Assembly: GCA_029258835.1 (NCBI GenBank)
Contig: JAPDJY010000049.1
Coordinates: 1-60,738 of the forward strand
Source of the DNA: Thermoproteota archaeon
GTDB taxonomy: Archaea > Asgardarchaeota > Jordiarchaeia > Jordiarchaeales > Freyrarchaeaceae
Length of the DNA stretch: 60,738 bases
Direction: 5' to 3'
Made by a program: the position numbers and the translations under genes
Shown here: positions 31,420 through 40,189 of the stretch, piece by piece
Layout of the letters: each line of letters begins with the position of its first letter
How positions within the stretch are numbered: position 1 is the stretch's first letter
The notes under the pieces: model-generated
What the model saw: only the letters and a program-made list of their open reading frames with translations
What the model was told of the DNA's origin: nothing
Database searches by the model: none

Positions 31420-31616
31420 ACTTCCCCCTTCAACGTGTTAGCTTCGAACGATATTGCTCCTTCAATATATTTAAATTTAACGATATAACGAAAGAGGACA
31501 TGTGCAACAACAAATTACCCCCTTTCCCTAAGCCGGCAGCAGACCCATTCACCCTTAAAAAGCCGAAGTACGTGAACCAAAGAGGCAACCGGCAAGTCAT
31601 GAGTCACTTACCAGTT

Positions 31617-32663
31617 CTAAATTTCTATCCTCCTTTTAAGCTTAACAATCCTTGTTCGTCCTTTAGCCTTCTTTTCAACAAGTCCTTTCCTTTCTAGCAT
31701 GCTAACAGTCACGCTTACCTTAGCCTTACTGTACCCGGTCGCATCCTGTATTTCCTTTTGGGTCATCATTTTATCCTTGGATGCTGAAAGCAGCTTTAAG
31801 ATCTCCTTTTCGGAGTCGCTGAGAAGGAGGAAAACGGTGTCGGTAACTCCCTTCCTCTCCCTTCTCCTCTTAAGGTAGACGAGTGCTACAGCTATAACAG
31901 CTGTAATGCCAACTGCAGCAGTTAATGTCAGGATGACCCAGCTTGTTGAGGAGGAGAGGTAAACTGGGAAAGGCGCTATTAGGACGTTAGAAGACGGCTG
32001 GTTACCTGAATAGTACACAACGAATATCTTAGCTGTTCCAGCCGGTAGGTTCTCATCCTCCCATCGGAAAACCAGCCTTTCACCGTCTGTGAAGTTGCTG
32101 GTTGGCTTAGGGTAAATCGGATTAACATTTTCAGTGTAAAGGAAGCATCCCTTCGGAAGCCAGATTTCAAAGCTGAATTTTTCAACGTCTGCATCAAGCT
32201 TCGTGTTGAATAGAAACTGGGAGTACTCTCCTACGTTCAAGATCCCTTGCTTGGTGGTGAAGTTCAACGATAAGTTTGCTATTTCCCCTGGAAGAATTGA
32301 TGTTTCAATGTGAAGCACCGTGTCATATCGTCTGCTTTCAAGCCAGTAGTCGTAAACTGGAACTGAGAGATTAGTTAGGGTTAAATCTGCAATGTCCGTT
32401 AAGTCAAGTGAGAAATTAAAGATCTCAATCGTTTCGCTACCAGTATTGTTTATGCTCAAGAAAATATTAAATGCTACTTCTCCTGAACCGGACAGGCTGG
32501 CATAAATTCTCTCTTCACATATCTCATAGGTAACAGCCTTCTCGGCTGCCACCATGCCCCTCGGTGGGCGAAAAAATGCAATCCAGCTTCCACAAGGTAA
32601 ACATGTTACCGTTAACAAGGCAAGGAAGAGGACAACCGCCATAAGCCTTCTTCTTTCACACAA
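31617..32663 (-). CDS. Membrane-anchored protein: extracellular beta-rich domain, one TM helix, cytoplasmic wHTH
   Basis: N-terminal hydrophobic signal; TM followed by KRRRERK; LSDSEKEIL...TQKEIQDATGYSKAKVS...LERKGLVEK..KGRT. Confidence 0.85.
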   Translation of the reverse strand: MCERRRLMAVVLFLALLTVTCLPCGSWIAFFRPPRGMVAAEKAVTYEICEERIYASLSGSGEVAFNIFLSINNTGSETIEIFNFSLDLTDIADLTLTNLSVPVYDYWLESRRYDTVLHIETSILPGEIANLSLNFTTKQGILNVGEYSQFLFNTKLDADVEKFSFEIWLPKGCFLYTENVNPIYPKPTSNFTDGERLVFRWEDENLPAGTAKIFVVYYSGNQPSSNVLIAPFPVYLSSSTSWVILTLTAAVGITAVIAVALVYLKRRRERKGVTDTVFLLLSDSEKEILKLLSASKDKMMTQKEIQDATGYSKAKVSVTVSMLERKGLVEKKAKGRTRIVKLKRRIEI

Positions 32664-32759
32664 ACCATACCCTCCTCATCCTCCCAGCAGGACGGAGGAA
32701 ACCGCTAGTTCACTAAAAAAGGGGATTGTAAAAGAAATGCTTTGCCGTCTAATTATCTT

Positions 32760-33908
32760 TTATCTTCTCCTAATGTAGAGTATTATGGCGACGCCTGCGA
32801 TCACTACTACCCCAGCAGCCCCTATCAGCATGAGGTTATTTGCGCCTTGAGACGAGGCCAGCGTTACGATGTAGTAGTACTGGAACGCTAGAACAGATTC
32901 GGGAGGCACCTCTCCTCCTCCCGTAGTTAGAACTGCGAAGTACGGGTCGAATGACACTTCATCGCTTCCAAAGTAGTCCACGCAGAGGTACAGTGCAACC
33001 CACCCGTCGGTCACGTTAAACCCTGAAGTCACGTTAATGACGGATTCTCCACTGGCATTGCTCTTAACAGCGTAATTGAACCATCTGAACGTTGCCTTTA
33101 TCTCCTGCGCGTTATCTGCTGTGACCAGTCCTATTTCGCTTTCATCCTCTGAAACCTTTGGGACAAGACCTGATACGTTGTCCATGTCGCTGAAGGTGCT
33201 TCCGTTCGCAAGCCTAAACCTATACTCGTACTGTGCTTCGACCGGTTCACACTTCAAAAGGAACACTAAGGCCAGTTTACTATTACCACTGTTATCCACC
33301 CAGCCATAATGTTTCACAACCAAATCTATTTTAACCGCTTTCAGCCCTGGCACCACTGCTGAGAACTCCCCGTGAGGACCCGTAACGTTCGTGTCTTTAA
33401 AGTAAATGTGGATGTAAAGCTCTAACTGTATCGCCGGGCTATTCCCTACGAGCTTAATCCGTATCTCGTCGTCTGTCTTAGCTATTCCGTCGAGATTCCA
33501 TGTTATCTCCGATAGCTTAATGTCGTTCTTAATCTCGCTGCTCTCCGGGTCTGGTATCCCGTTCCCATTGCTGTCAACGAACTCTATTATATGTGCTGTG
33601 TGAATGTTGACTGCTACACCTAGGTTCGTAGGTGTCACCGTCCAGTTCACAAGGTTCTTCAGAGTGTCCCCCTCTAGGTCAGCAAACTTCATTTCGAAGT
33701 AATCTGAAATTATTTTGCCTTTGTAGATGTCTTCCATGCTGGGAATTTTAAACTTAGCTGACGCTTGGCTCTGGTTCTTGACGCCTAAAGTTGTTGTTGC
33801 GGCTGCTGGGGCTGCCAGCATTGCCATCAGCAGGGCTACTAGTGCTATCGCCGCCGTAGCCGTGGTCGCTGCAGCCAGTTTCTTTCCGCTAAACATTTTC
33901 TTCACCAT
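32760..33908 (-). CDS. Secreted/surface (glyco)protein with a C-terminal membrane anchor
   Basis: Signal peptide, many N-x-S/T sequons, DSNGNGIPD loop, C-terminal TM + RRR. Confidence 0.82.
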   Translation of the reverse strand: MVKKMFSGKKLAAATTATAAIALVALLMAMLAAPAAATTTLGVKNQSQASAKFKIPSMEDIYKGKIISDYFEMKFADLEGDTLKNLVNWTVTPTNLGVAVNIHTAHIIEFVDSNGNGIPDPESSEIKNDIKLSEITWNLDGIAKTDDEIRIKLVGNSPAIQLELYIHIYFKDTNVTGPHGEFSAVVPGLKAVKIDLVVKHYGWVDNSGNSKLALVFLLKCEPVEAQYEYRFRLANGSTFSDMDNVSGLVPKVSEDESEIGLVTADNAQEIKATFRWFNYAVKSNASGESVINVTSGFNVTDGWVALYLCVDYFGSDEVSFDPYFAVLTTGGGEVPPESVLAFQYYYIVTLASSQGANNLMLIGAAGVVVIAGVAIILYIRRR

Positions 33909-34002
33909 GATTTAATTAAAAAAATATATATTATTTAAATCTTTTCTTTAAACTTTTCATGGTCCGAAATCAAAAACGAAGGAAAACAGTGCAAATTAAG
34001 AA

Positions 34003-34032
34003 TAAACGTTTATAACCGTTTAAAACTGTTCA
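34003..34032. promoter_or_regulatory. Three tandem 10-bp direct repeats, candidate operator
   Basis: taaacgttta-taaccgttta-aaactgttca, about 100 bp upstream of the surface-protein start. Confidence 0.4.
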
Positions 34033-34352
34033 AAAGCAAGAAAAAAGAAAGAAAATGTTAAGCACTATCATGTGATCAATTCATTCACGCATTCTCAACA
34101 CTTCCATTCAGTTTAAGATGCTATCCCCCTTAAATCCCTCTTCTCACCCTGAAGAATCTCCCGACTCAAACTACGTACGTTTCTTTCTCAAACCCTTCTC
34201 TCCACTCTTTTTTTGTTAAAGTCTCCCTTAACGTTTAACCGTCAACTTTGGTTTTAACCGCTTATTGGCTCATTAAATAGAACCCGCCAGAACCCCATAC
34301 ACTTTCTGAACTCAACCTCTTTAGGGTGCTTACGCTCCCTTACAGAATGTTG

Positions 34353-34597
34353 CTAAGAAAGCTTACATTTATTCATGGGATGAATTGGGGAGGTGGTGGG
34401 AAAGTTTAAATGCAAGTATTTGATATGCGTGTTTAGGCGAGTCGCCTAACAGACTTTAATGGAGCGATGAATCTGCTCAGGCGGGCTACGGGGCTTGCCT
34501 CCGTAGCAGGGGCTGCCTTGACACAGCCCGAACCGGGTAGGATGAAGCCAAGCCGACAAACCCAGAATCCCCCGACTCTAGTCGTAGGGAGTGTCAA
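34353..34597 (+). mobile_element. Miniature non-autonomous IS200/IS605 derivative: degenerate left end, promoter, tnpB 3' remnant/omegaRNA, right end
   Basis: 34452 onward reads DFNGAMNLLRRA..GAALTQP (TnpB C-terminus); right-end hairpin gaatcccccgactctagtcgtagggagtgTCAA; aaagtttaaat TATA; left boundary less certain. Confidence 0.75.
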
Positions 34598-34840
34598 TTG
34601 GCCTACTTCGTTCCTCTAACCCGTGTGAAGGTGGCTTAATTAGGTGTGCACCGTTAGGAGGTGGTGGCTGAGCTGACGTTAACGCCGCAGTCAAGATCAA
34701 CAGCGGTGTGGGGAGGACCGGCTATTAGTTGCGATCTGGGTGTTCGGAGTATGCCTTAAACTTCTAAGTTTTTCTGAAAATCAGAGTTTTTCAGAAAAAA
34801 TTTAAATATTCCGAAATCCCTTAACCTCCAAGGGATCGCT

Positions 34841-35107
34841 ATGACCTCCATAGCTAAAGTTGGGAAAAGAGGGGAAGTTGTTCTGAAGAAGGCTGAAAGG
34901 GAGGCTGCTGGGATAAAGGCAGGAGATACCGTCGTGATCTTTGGCCGCCCGGGGGAAGTGATCATCAGAAAGATTCCATCGCTTGAAGATGTTCTTTCTG
35001 CGCCGCCGAAGGTTAAGATCTCAGTCGGCGACCTCGCTAGGCTTAGAGGAAAGGTACGTGAAGAGCTGGAAGAGAGGCTGGCTTATGAGGGTTCTACTGG
35101 ACACTAG
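34841..35107 (+). CDS. AbrB/MazE-type antitoxin
   Basis: KVGKRGEVVL...R.AAGIK.GD.V. Confidence 0.85.
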   Translation: MTSIAKVGKRGEVVLKKAEREAAGIKAGDTVVIFGRPGEVIIRKIPSLEDVLSAPPKVKISVGDLARLRGKVREELEERLAYEGSTGH

Positions 35108-35567
35108 CTTCCTATTGCCGGTATTTGGGGTAAACGTTGATATTCCAAACATTAGAGTCCAGTTACTCAGTCTGTCTAGGAAGGCTGACTTGCTCGTTAA
35201 CTCGCTTAGCGTCCTGGAAGCAAAATGGATAATTCTTAAATTTTCAAGGAAGGAACCAGACCTGCTTAAAGCCTTCGGAGACGGGCTGAACTTGCTCGTG
35301 AGAGGGAAACAATTTGAAATAATCCCGTTCTACCTGCCTGAGGTGGACGCTGTCGCAACAGCTATCTACAATTATCACCGGGACTACATCGACTGTTCGA
35401 TTCTCGCATCAGCCTACGTTGAGGCAAACACGCTGGTCACCCTTGAGAAGAAGAAAATGGAGGAACTTGCAGGACTAATCCATCCCGAACTCTCCGTTTA
35501 CAGGAAAATAAGCTCTAAACTAACAGTAGCTACATTAAGTGAAACAGTAAAGGACATGAACATTTGA
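35085..35567 (+). CDS. PIN-domain (VapC-like) toxin
   Basis: VLLDTSFLLP, SVLE, DYIDCSILASA, LVT. Confidence 0.85.
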   Translation: MRVLLDTSFLLPVFGVNVDIPNIRVQLLSLSRKADLLVNSLSVLEAKWIILKFSRKEPDLLKAFGDGLNLLVRGKQFEIIPFYLPEVDAVATAIYNYHRDYIDCSILASAYVEANTLVTLEKKKMEELAGLIHPELSVYRKISSKLTVATLSETVKDMNI

Positions 35568-35747
35568 AGCATCTTCAAAAAATGACGGAAACCCCAAACA
35601 TGCAGAATGATGGTAGCTACATTGTTACTTTGCGTCTCCATCAGCTACCTTTTAAGGTATCATGCGTCTTCCCGTTTTCCTCCCGCCCTTTTTATCAACT
35701 GCATTGCTTTTTAAAAGGGTGAATCCTCCAAGAGCAGTCAGCGATTA

Positions 35748-36632
35748 TTACTTTTTGATTTTGCTTATTATGTAGTCTACTAGTTTGTCTGCTATTGGGG
35801 TTTTTGTTGCTGCTTCGAGCCCTTCCCATGTAGGCATAGCGTTAACCTCAAGCACCATTACCCCTTCTTCCCCCTCGATCACGTCTACTCCGGCATATTC
35901 GCATCCTACTACTTCGGCTGCTCTAACACTTAATTCCTTGACTTCCGGCGTGAGCTTACAGGCTACCGGTTTACCCCCCTGCGACACATTAGTTTTCCAT
36001 CCTTCAGCTACCCTGTAGATCGAAGCCACGACTTCCCCTCCTATGACGAATGCCCTTATATCCCTACCCTTGTGGGGAATGAATTCCTGAACATATAGAA
36101 CTAGGTTATTGAACGTTAATGCTTTGAAGACCCTGTATGCTGTGTCCCGATCTGAAACCCTGACAACCCCCTTCCCCTGAGAGCCAAAGAGGGGCTTAAC
36201 AACAACGTCTCCCATTTCCTCGAAGGCCTTCATGGCCTCCTCCATACTCTCCGTGACGACGGTTTTGGGGGTTGGGATCCCGGCCTGCTCTAAGAGGAAG
36301 GATGTGTAATACTTGTCACTTGCCTTCTCGATGGACGAGGGCGGATTAACGACGAAAACCCCCTTCCTTTCAAGGACGTGAAGCAAGTCCATTCTGAAGA
36401 ATATTTGCTCGGCTGAACCAGCCCCAAACCCCCTGAAGATCAGCGCGTCAAGCTCTGAAAGAGATCTGCCCTTAAATGTGGGATCCCCCCTAATCCTCGC
36501 GACGACGCCGGCCGGCTCAACAACCAGTACAGGCAGCCTCCTCCTCCTCAGCGCGTCTAGGATCCTCTTCACCGCGTACCCTCTACTCTGGGTTAGAACC
36601 CCGAAGAGCGGCTTCACCCCTTCACCCTTCAA
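35748..36632 (-). CDS. RimK-family ATP-grasp alpha-L-glutamate ligase (MptN/CofF-like)
   Basis: DKYYT..L..AGIPTP.T, VVKPLFGSQG, QEFI, DIRAFVIG, WKTNVSQGG, GVD, LEVN. Confidence 0.88.
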   Translation of the reverse strand: MKGEGVKPLFGVLTQSRGYAVKRILDALRRRRLPVLVVEPAGVVARIRGDPTFKGRSLSELDALIFRGFGAGSAEQIFFRMDLLHVLERKGVFVVNPPSSIEKASDKYYTSFLLEQAGIPTPKTVVTESMEEAMKAFEEMGDVVVKPLFGSQGKGVVRVSDRDTAYRVFKALTFNNLVLYVQEFIPHKGRDIRAFVIGGEVVASIYRVAEGWKTNVSQGGKPVACKLTPEVKELSVRAAEVVGCEYAGVDVIEGEEGVMVLEVNAMPTWEGLEAATKTPIADKLVDYIISKIKK

Positions 36633-36692
36633 ACCATTGGGAGAAGGAAGTTTTTAAGGGTTGCCCAGCTACTGCTTAACAGGTGAAACCAC

Positions 36693-37124
36693 ATGGAAAA
36701 GATGGTTTCAGAGGTTGAGGTTGAGTGGATTGAAAACTTCAGATCCAAGCTCAAAGTTAAGGATTTTCCGGAAATAGTCCTCGACGAGCCCCCGGAGATG
36801 GGCGGGACAGACACCGGTCCGTGCCCAGTCCACCTGCTTGCAGCCTCGATAGCCAGCTGCCTACTAGCTTCATACATATACTGCGCCAAGAAGGCGAGGG
36901 TTAAGCTGAAGGGCGCCAAGGTTAAAGCTAGGGCTGAATCCGAATGGGTGAAGGGAGCCATGAGGGTTAAAGAAGTACACGTTAACTTGGAGTTAAACCC
37001 TGCGGGGGGAGTGTCAAGGAAAAGGGCTGAACTCTGCGTCAAAGTATTCAGAAACTTCTGCATAGTAACAGAGTCGGTGATCAAAGGGATACCTGTAAAC
37101 GTAGAAGTCAACATTACACCCTAA
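36693..37124 (+). CDS. OsmC/Ohr-family protein
   Basis: DEPPEMGGTDTGPCP..LLAASIASC; second Cys in NFCIVTES. Confidence 0.88.
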   Translation: MEKMVSEVEVEWIENFRSKLKVKDFPEIVLDEPPEMGGTDTGPCPVHLLAASIASCLLASYIYCAKKARVKLKGAKVKARAESEWVKGAMRVKEVHVNLELNPAGGVSRKRAELCVKVFRNFCIVTESVIKGIPVNVEVNITP

Positions 37125-37244
37125 AACTGGAGATTCATTCCATCCTCCCATCTCCCTTCTCCAGCCACCTATGCCGCCAGCACTAAAGAACTATTACACT
37201 TCGAATGTTGGAAGCATCCTCCTCTTATTCTCCTTCATTTTTAA

Positions 37245-38210
37245 CTATTTCTGTGATGTCTCCGCAGCCGACCATCCTCTGAACTCTACCTTCCTGACTT
37301 CAAGCCTTTCCAGGAAGGGCTTCACGTCGACCGTGTGCATTTCGAAACCCATCTTGTCGGGCTCGGCTCCTAGGATGAGCGCTATCAGCTGGGATATGTG
37401 GATGACCGGCACGGCCCTTTCTATCAGCTCTACGTCCCTCAGTATCGACTGGTTCCTGTCGAGCACGTTGAGGCAGTAGGGGCATATGACCAGTATCGCC
37501 TCAGCTCCGGCGTCGAGTATGCTGTTAATCTTCTCCTCCGTTATCTTGTACGCCATGTTCTTATGGACGGTCTGCTGTATCATCCCGAAGCCGCAGCACT
37601 CATCCTTCGCCGTGTAGTTTACAGGTTCACCTCCAAGCCTTTCTATTATCTCCTCCGCGAAGGATGGGTTCTCCCTACTGTCCAGCCCCTCCTCCTCGAA
37701 GACGAAGTAGTGGCATCCATAATGGACAGCCATTTTAACCCCGCTGAGAACCCTAACGGACTTATCCACTATGTCCTCAAGCCTCTTGTAGAAGAAGTCG
37801 GCTATGTGGTAGACTCTCATGGTGGAGTAGCGCCGTCCGATAGCCCCCAGAATCCTTTCAGTCTCCCTAGCTATTTCAAGGTCGCTCATGAGGGTGTTAG
37901 CCGTGTAGAAAGCCGAGTAGCATCCATTACATGGAGTTAAACCGTAGGGTGCATACTTGAGCATGATGTCAACGTTCCTGCCGATCAGGCAGGTGAGGAT
38001 CAGAGGGTTGGCTAGAGTCCCAAACTCCGGTAAGCCACAGCAACTCTGCTCATCACTCACATAGTACTCGACGTCGAGCTTGTCTAGGGCGAACCGGGTC
38101 GCAGCCTCGATACCGGGGTACGTGTGGTTGATGAAGCAACCCTGAAAAAGAAAGAATGGTCCCTTCTCGGGGATGCCTTCAAGCCATTTTTGGTTAACCG
38201 TCCAAGCCAC
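37245..38210 (-). CDS. hdrB: Heterodisulfide reductase subunit B
   Basis: Two CCG domains: GC..SCCG..PCNGC and HYGCH..ECCGFG..CPYC. Confidence 0.92.
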   Translation of the reverse strand: MAWTVNQKWLEGIPEKGPFFLFQGCFINHTYPGIEAATRFALDKLDVEYYVSDEQSCCGLPEFGTLANPLILTCLIGRNVDIMLKYAPYGLTPCNGCYSAFYTANTLMSDLEIARETERILGAIGRRYSTMRVYHIADFFYKRLEDIVDKSVRVLSGVKMAVHYGCHYFVFEEEGLDSRENPSFAEEIIERLGGEPVNYTAKDECCGFGMIQQTVHKNMAYKITEEKINSILDAGAEAILVICPYCLNVLDRNQSILRDVELIERAVPVIHISQLIALILGAEPDKMGFEMHTVDVKPFLERLEVRKVEFRGWSAAETSQK

Positions 38211-38251
38211 CTCCCTTCCTTGAAGCCCTCAATCAAACCCCTTCCATTTCA

Positions 38252-38854
38252 TCACTTATACTTTTCAGAGACGGCCCTAACATAGGCTTTCCCGGAGAGT
38301 ATCCCTTCAACTTCCTCCCTAAACCCTGACTCGTCAAATATAACCTTAAGCTCCTTCATAGCCTCCTCGGAAACCCTCATCGCCGGCGGGAGGCCAACCC
38401 TCTCCCTTAACTCGCTAATCGTCTTCTCAGCTCCGGCAGGGTTCAACCTGTCCCAGTCCCTAGGATGCACCGAGACACCCGAGTTGAGGAGATTCCTTCC
38501 TAAAGATACTAGGATGCGCAGCATGTCTCCCCCGTAGCCTCTCTCCATTGCCAGCCTCCTCATCCTCATAATCATGTAAGGTATCTCGATGCGGGAAGGA
38601 CACTTACTCGTACAGTAGAAGCAGTAGAAGCAGTACCATATTTCCCTGCTGCTGAGAACCTTCTCCTCATTTCCGTAGAGTATGTCCCTCAGTATCTTCC
38701 TGAAATTGTACGTTGACGTCCTCGCAGCAGGGCAAGCCCCTACACACGCGCCGCACGACAAGCACTGCTCAGCTCTCTGAATCCCCCACCTCTTAGCCTC
38801 CTCGAGAAACTTCCAGCTCCAGCTCTTGGATGAAAGGATGACGGGCCTCTCCAG
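38252..38854 (-). CDS. hdrC: Heterodisulfide reductase subunit C
   Basis: CLSCGACVGACP and WYCFYCFYCTSKCP; frame open upstream to CTG at 38854, directly after the polyferredoxin TAG. Confidence 0.88.
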   Translation of the reverse strand: MERPVILSSKSWSWKFLEEAKRWGIQRAEQCLSCGACVGACPAARTSTYNFRKILRDILYGNEEKVLSSREIWYCFYCFYCTSKCPSRIEIPYMIMRMRRLAMERGYGGDMLRILVSLGRNLLNSGVSVHPRDWDRLNPAGAEKTISELRERVGLPPAMRVSEEAMKELKVIFDESGFREEVEGILSGKAYVRAVSEKYK

Positions 38855-40189
38855 CTACGCCACCTCCATGAACTTCTCTAAGAGCCTATCCTTCTTCCCT
38901 CTCTCAGCTAGAATACGCGCGGTTCTATCCCTGAAAAACATTTTAACCTTCCCTATAGCCTCCACGAACTTCCTCCTAACGTCCGGCGGCGGCTGGGGTA
39001 TTTCTTCCTCCTCGTATGGAACTGGAACTATGGCCTCCCTCTCAACTTTGGGTAGGCGCGGCTTAACCTCGGCCTCCGCCTTTCCTATAAGCTTCTTGAA
39101 GGCTCTCTCCCACGCGTTAGACCAAGCCCTCCCCTTAGGCTTAGTGTACCTCACCTTCGTCCTCTTCACCCTTATAATGTTCACCGGGCAAGCGTTCTGG
39201 CATGCTCCACAATAGCCACAGTAATCTGTGATGAAAGCTATCTTCGGAAACTTCTTTTTCTCCTCCAGCGTTTCAGGCACAAACCACACGTTTCCCGGGC
39301 ATATCCTGAGGCACGCCTTACACCCTGCAGGGTCACACTTGTCTATGTCCGTTATGTAAAGCTCCCCTTCGAACGCCTTCTCAACCGTTATAGCCTCCTT
39401 GGGACAGGACCTAGCGCACCAGCCACAAGTTATACAGTTATCAAGGTTTATCTCTATCTTCCCTGAAACCTCCAGCTTCCCTATCTCCCTCTTAACCTCC
39501 GTCCTGCACTCCACCTCCACCGCATCATAGGGGCATATTTCAGCGCATAACCCACAGTAGTCGCACTCGTCCTCCACCACCCTTATGTCATAACCTGGTC
39601 GAGGGTCATTGGGCTTCACATCCTTCCAGCTTATCTCTATAGCGTCACATAGCAAGTCGCACAGGCCGCATAGCACACACTTCTCCTTGTCAATCCTTAT
39701 GGTTCCCTCTATCTCCTCTGGGGGCTTCCCCTCATACCTCACCAGCTCCTCCTTCTTGGGAACCTTAAGGTAAGCCTTGATGGCATCGTTCGGGCAAGTG
39801 TGCTGGCATATGAGGCAAGGGGCACACTTCTCCTCGTCTATCTCAACCTTCTTAAGAAGCTTGGGATAATCGTCGAGCTCGAGGATGGGCTCGTCCCCCA
39901 TCTCAAACCATATTGCCTTAACGGGGCATACGGCGGCACATAACCCGCAGTAGCTGCAAGCATCCTGGTCGATCATTATCTTTGGGGCTTCAATCTCCCC
40001 CATGGCTATTTCCGGTATGGGTCCAAGCTCTATGGCGTCGGAGGGGCAGACCTCCCTGCAGAGCCCGCATCCCACACACCTCTCAGCGTCATAAACGAGC
40101 CTCTTCTTAAGCCTCTCAGTCAGCCACTTATAGCACACCTTCTCGTCTTCAACCTCCATCTCTAGGTTAATCTGGACCTCCTCAGCCAC
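38855..40189 (-). CDS. Polyferredoxin (FwdF/MvhB-like, about 8 [4Fe-4S] motifs)
   Basis: Repeated CxxCxxCxxxCP motifs. Confidence 0.88.
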   Translation of the reverse strand: MAEEVQINLEMEVEDEKVCYKWLTERLKKRLVYDAERCVGCGLCREVCPSDAIELGPIPEIAMGEIEAPKIMIDQDACSYCGLCAAVCPVKAIWFEMGDEPILELDDYPKLLKKVEIDEEKCAPCLICQHTCPNDAIKAYLKVPKKEELVRYEGKPPEEIEGTIRIDKEKCVLCGLCDLLCDAIEISWKDVKPNDPRPGYDIRVVEDECDYCGLCAEICPYDAVEVECRTEVKREIGKLEVSGKIEINLDNCITCGWCARSCPKEAITVEKAFEGELYITDIDKCDPAGCKACLRICPGNVWFVPETLEEKKKFPKIAFITDYCGYCGACQNACPVNIIRVKRTKVRYTKPKGRAWSNAWERAFKKLIGKAEAEVKPRLPKVEREAIVPVPYEEEEIPQPPPDVRRKFVEAIGKVKMFFRDRTARILAERGKKDRLLEKFMEVA

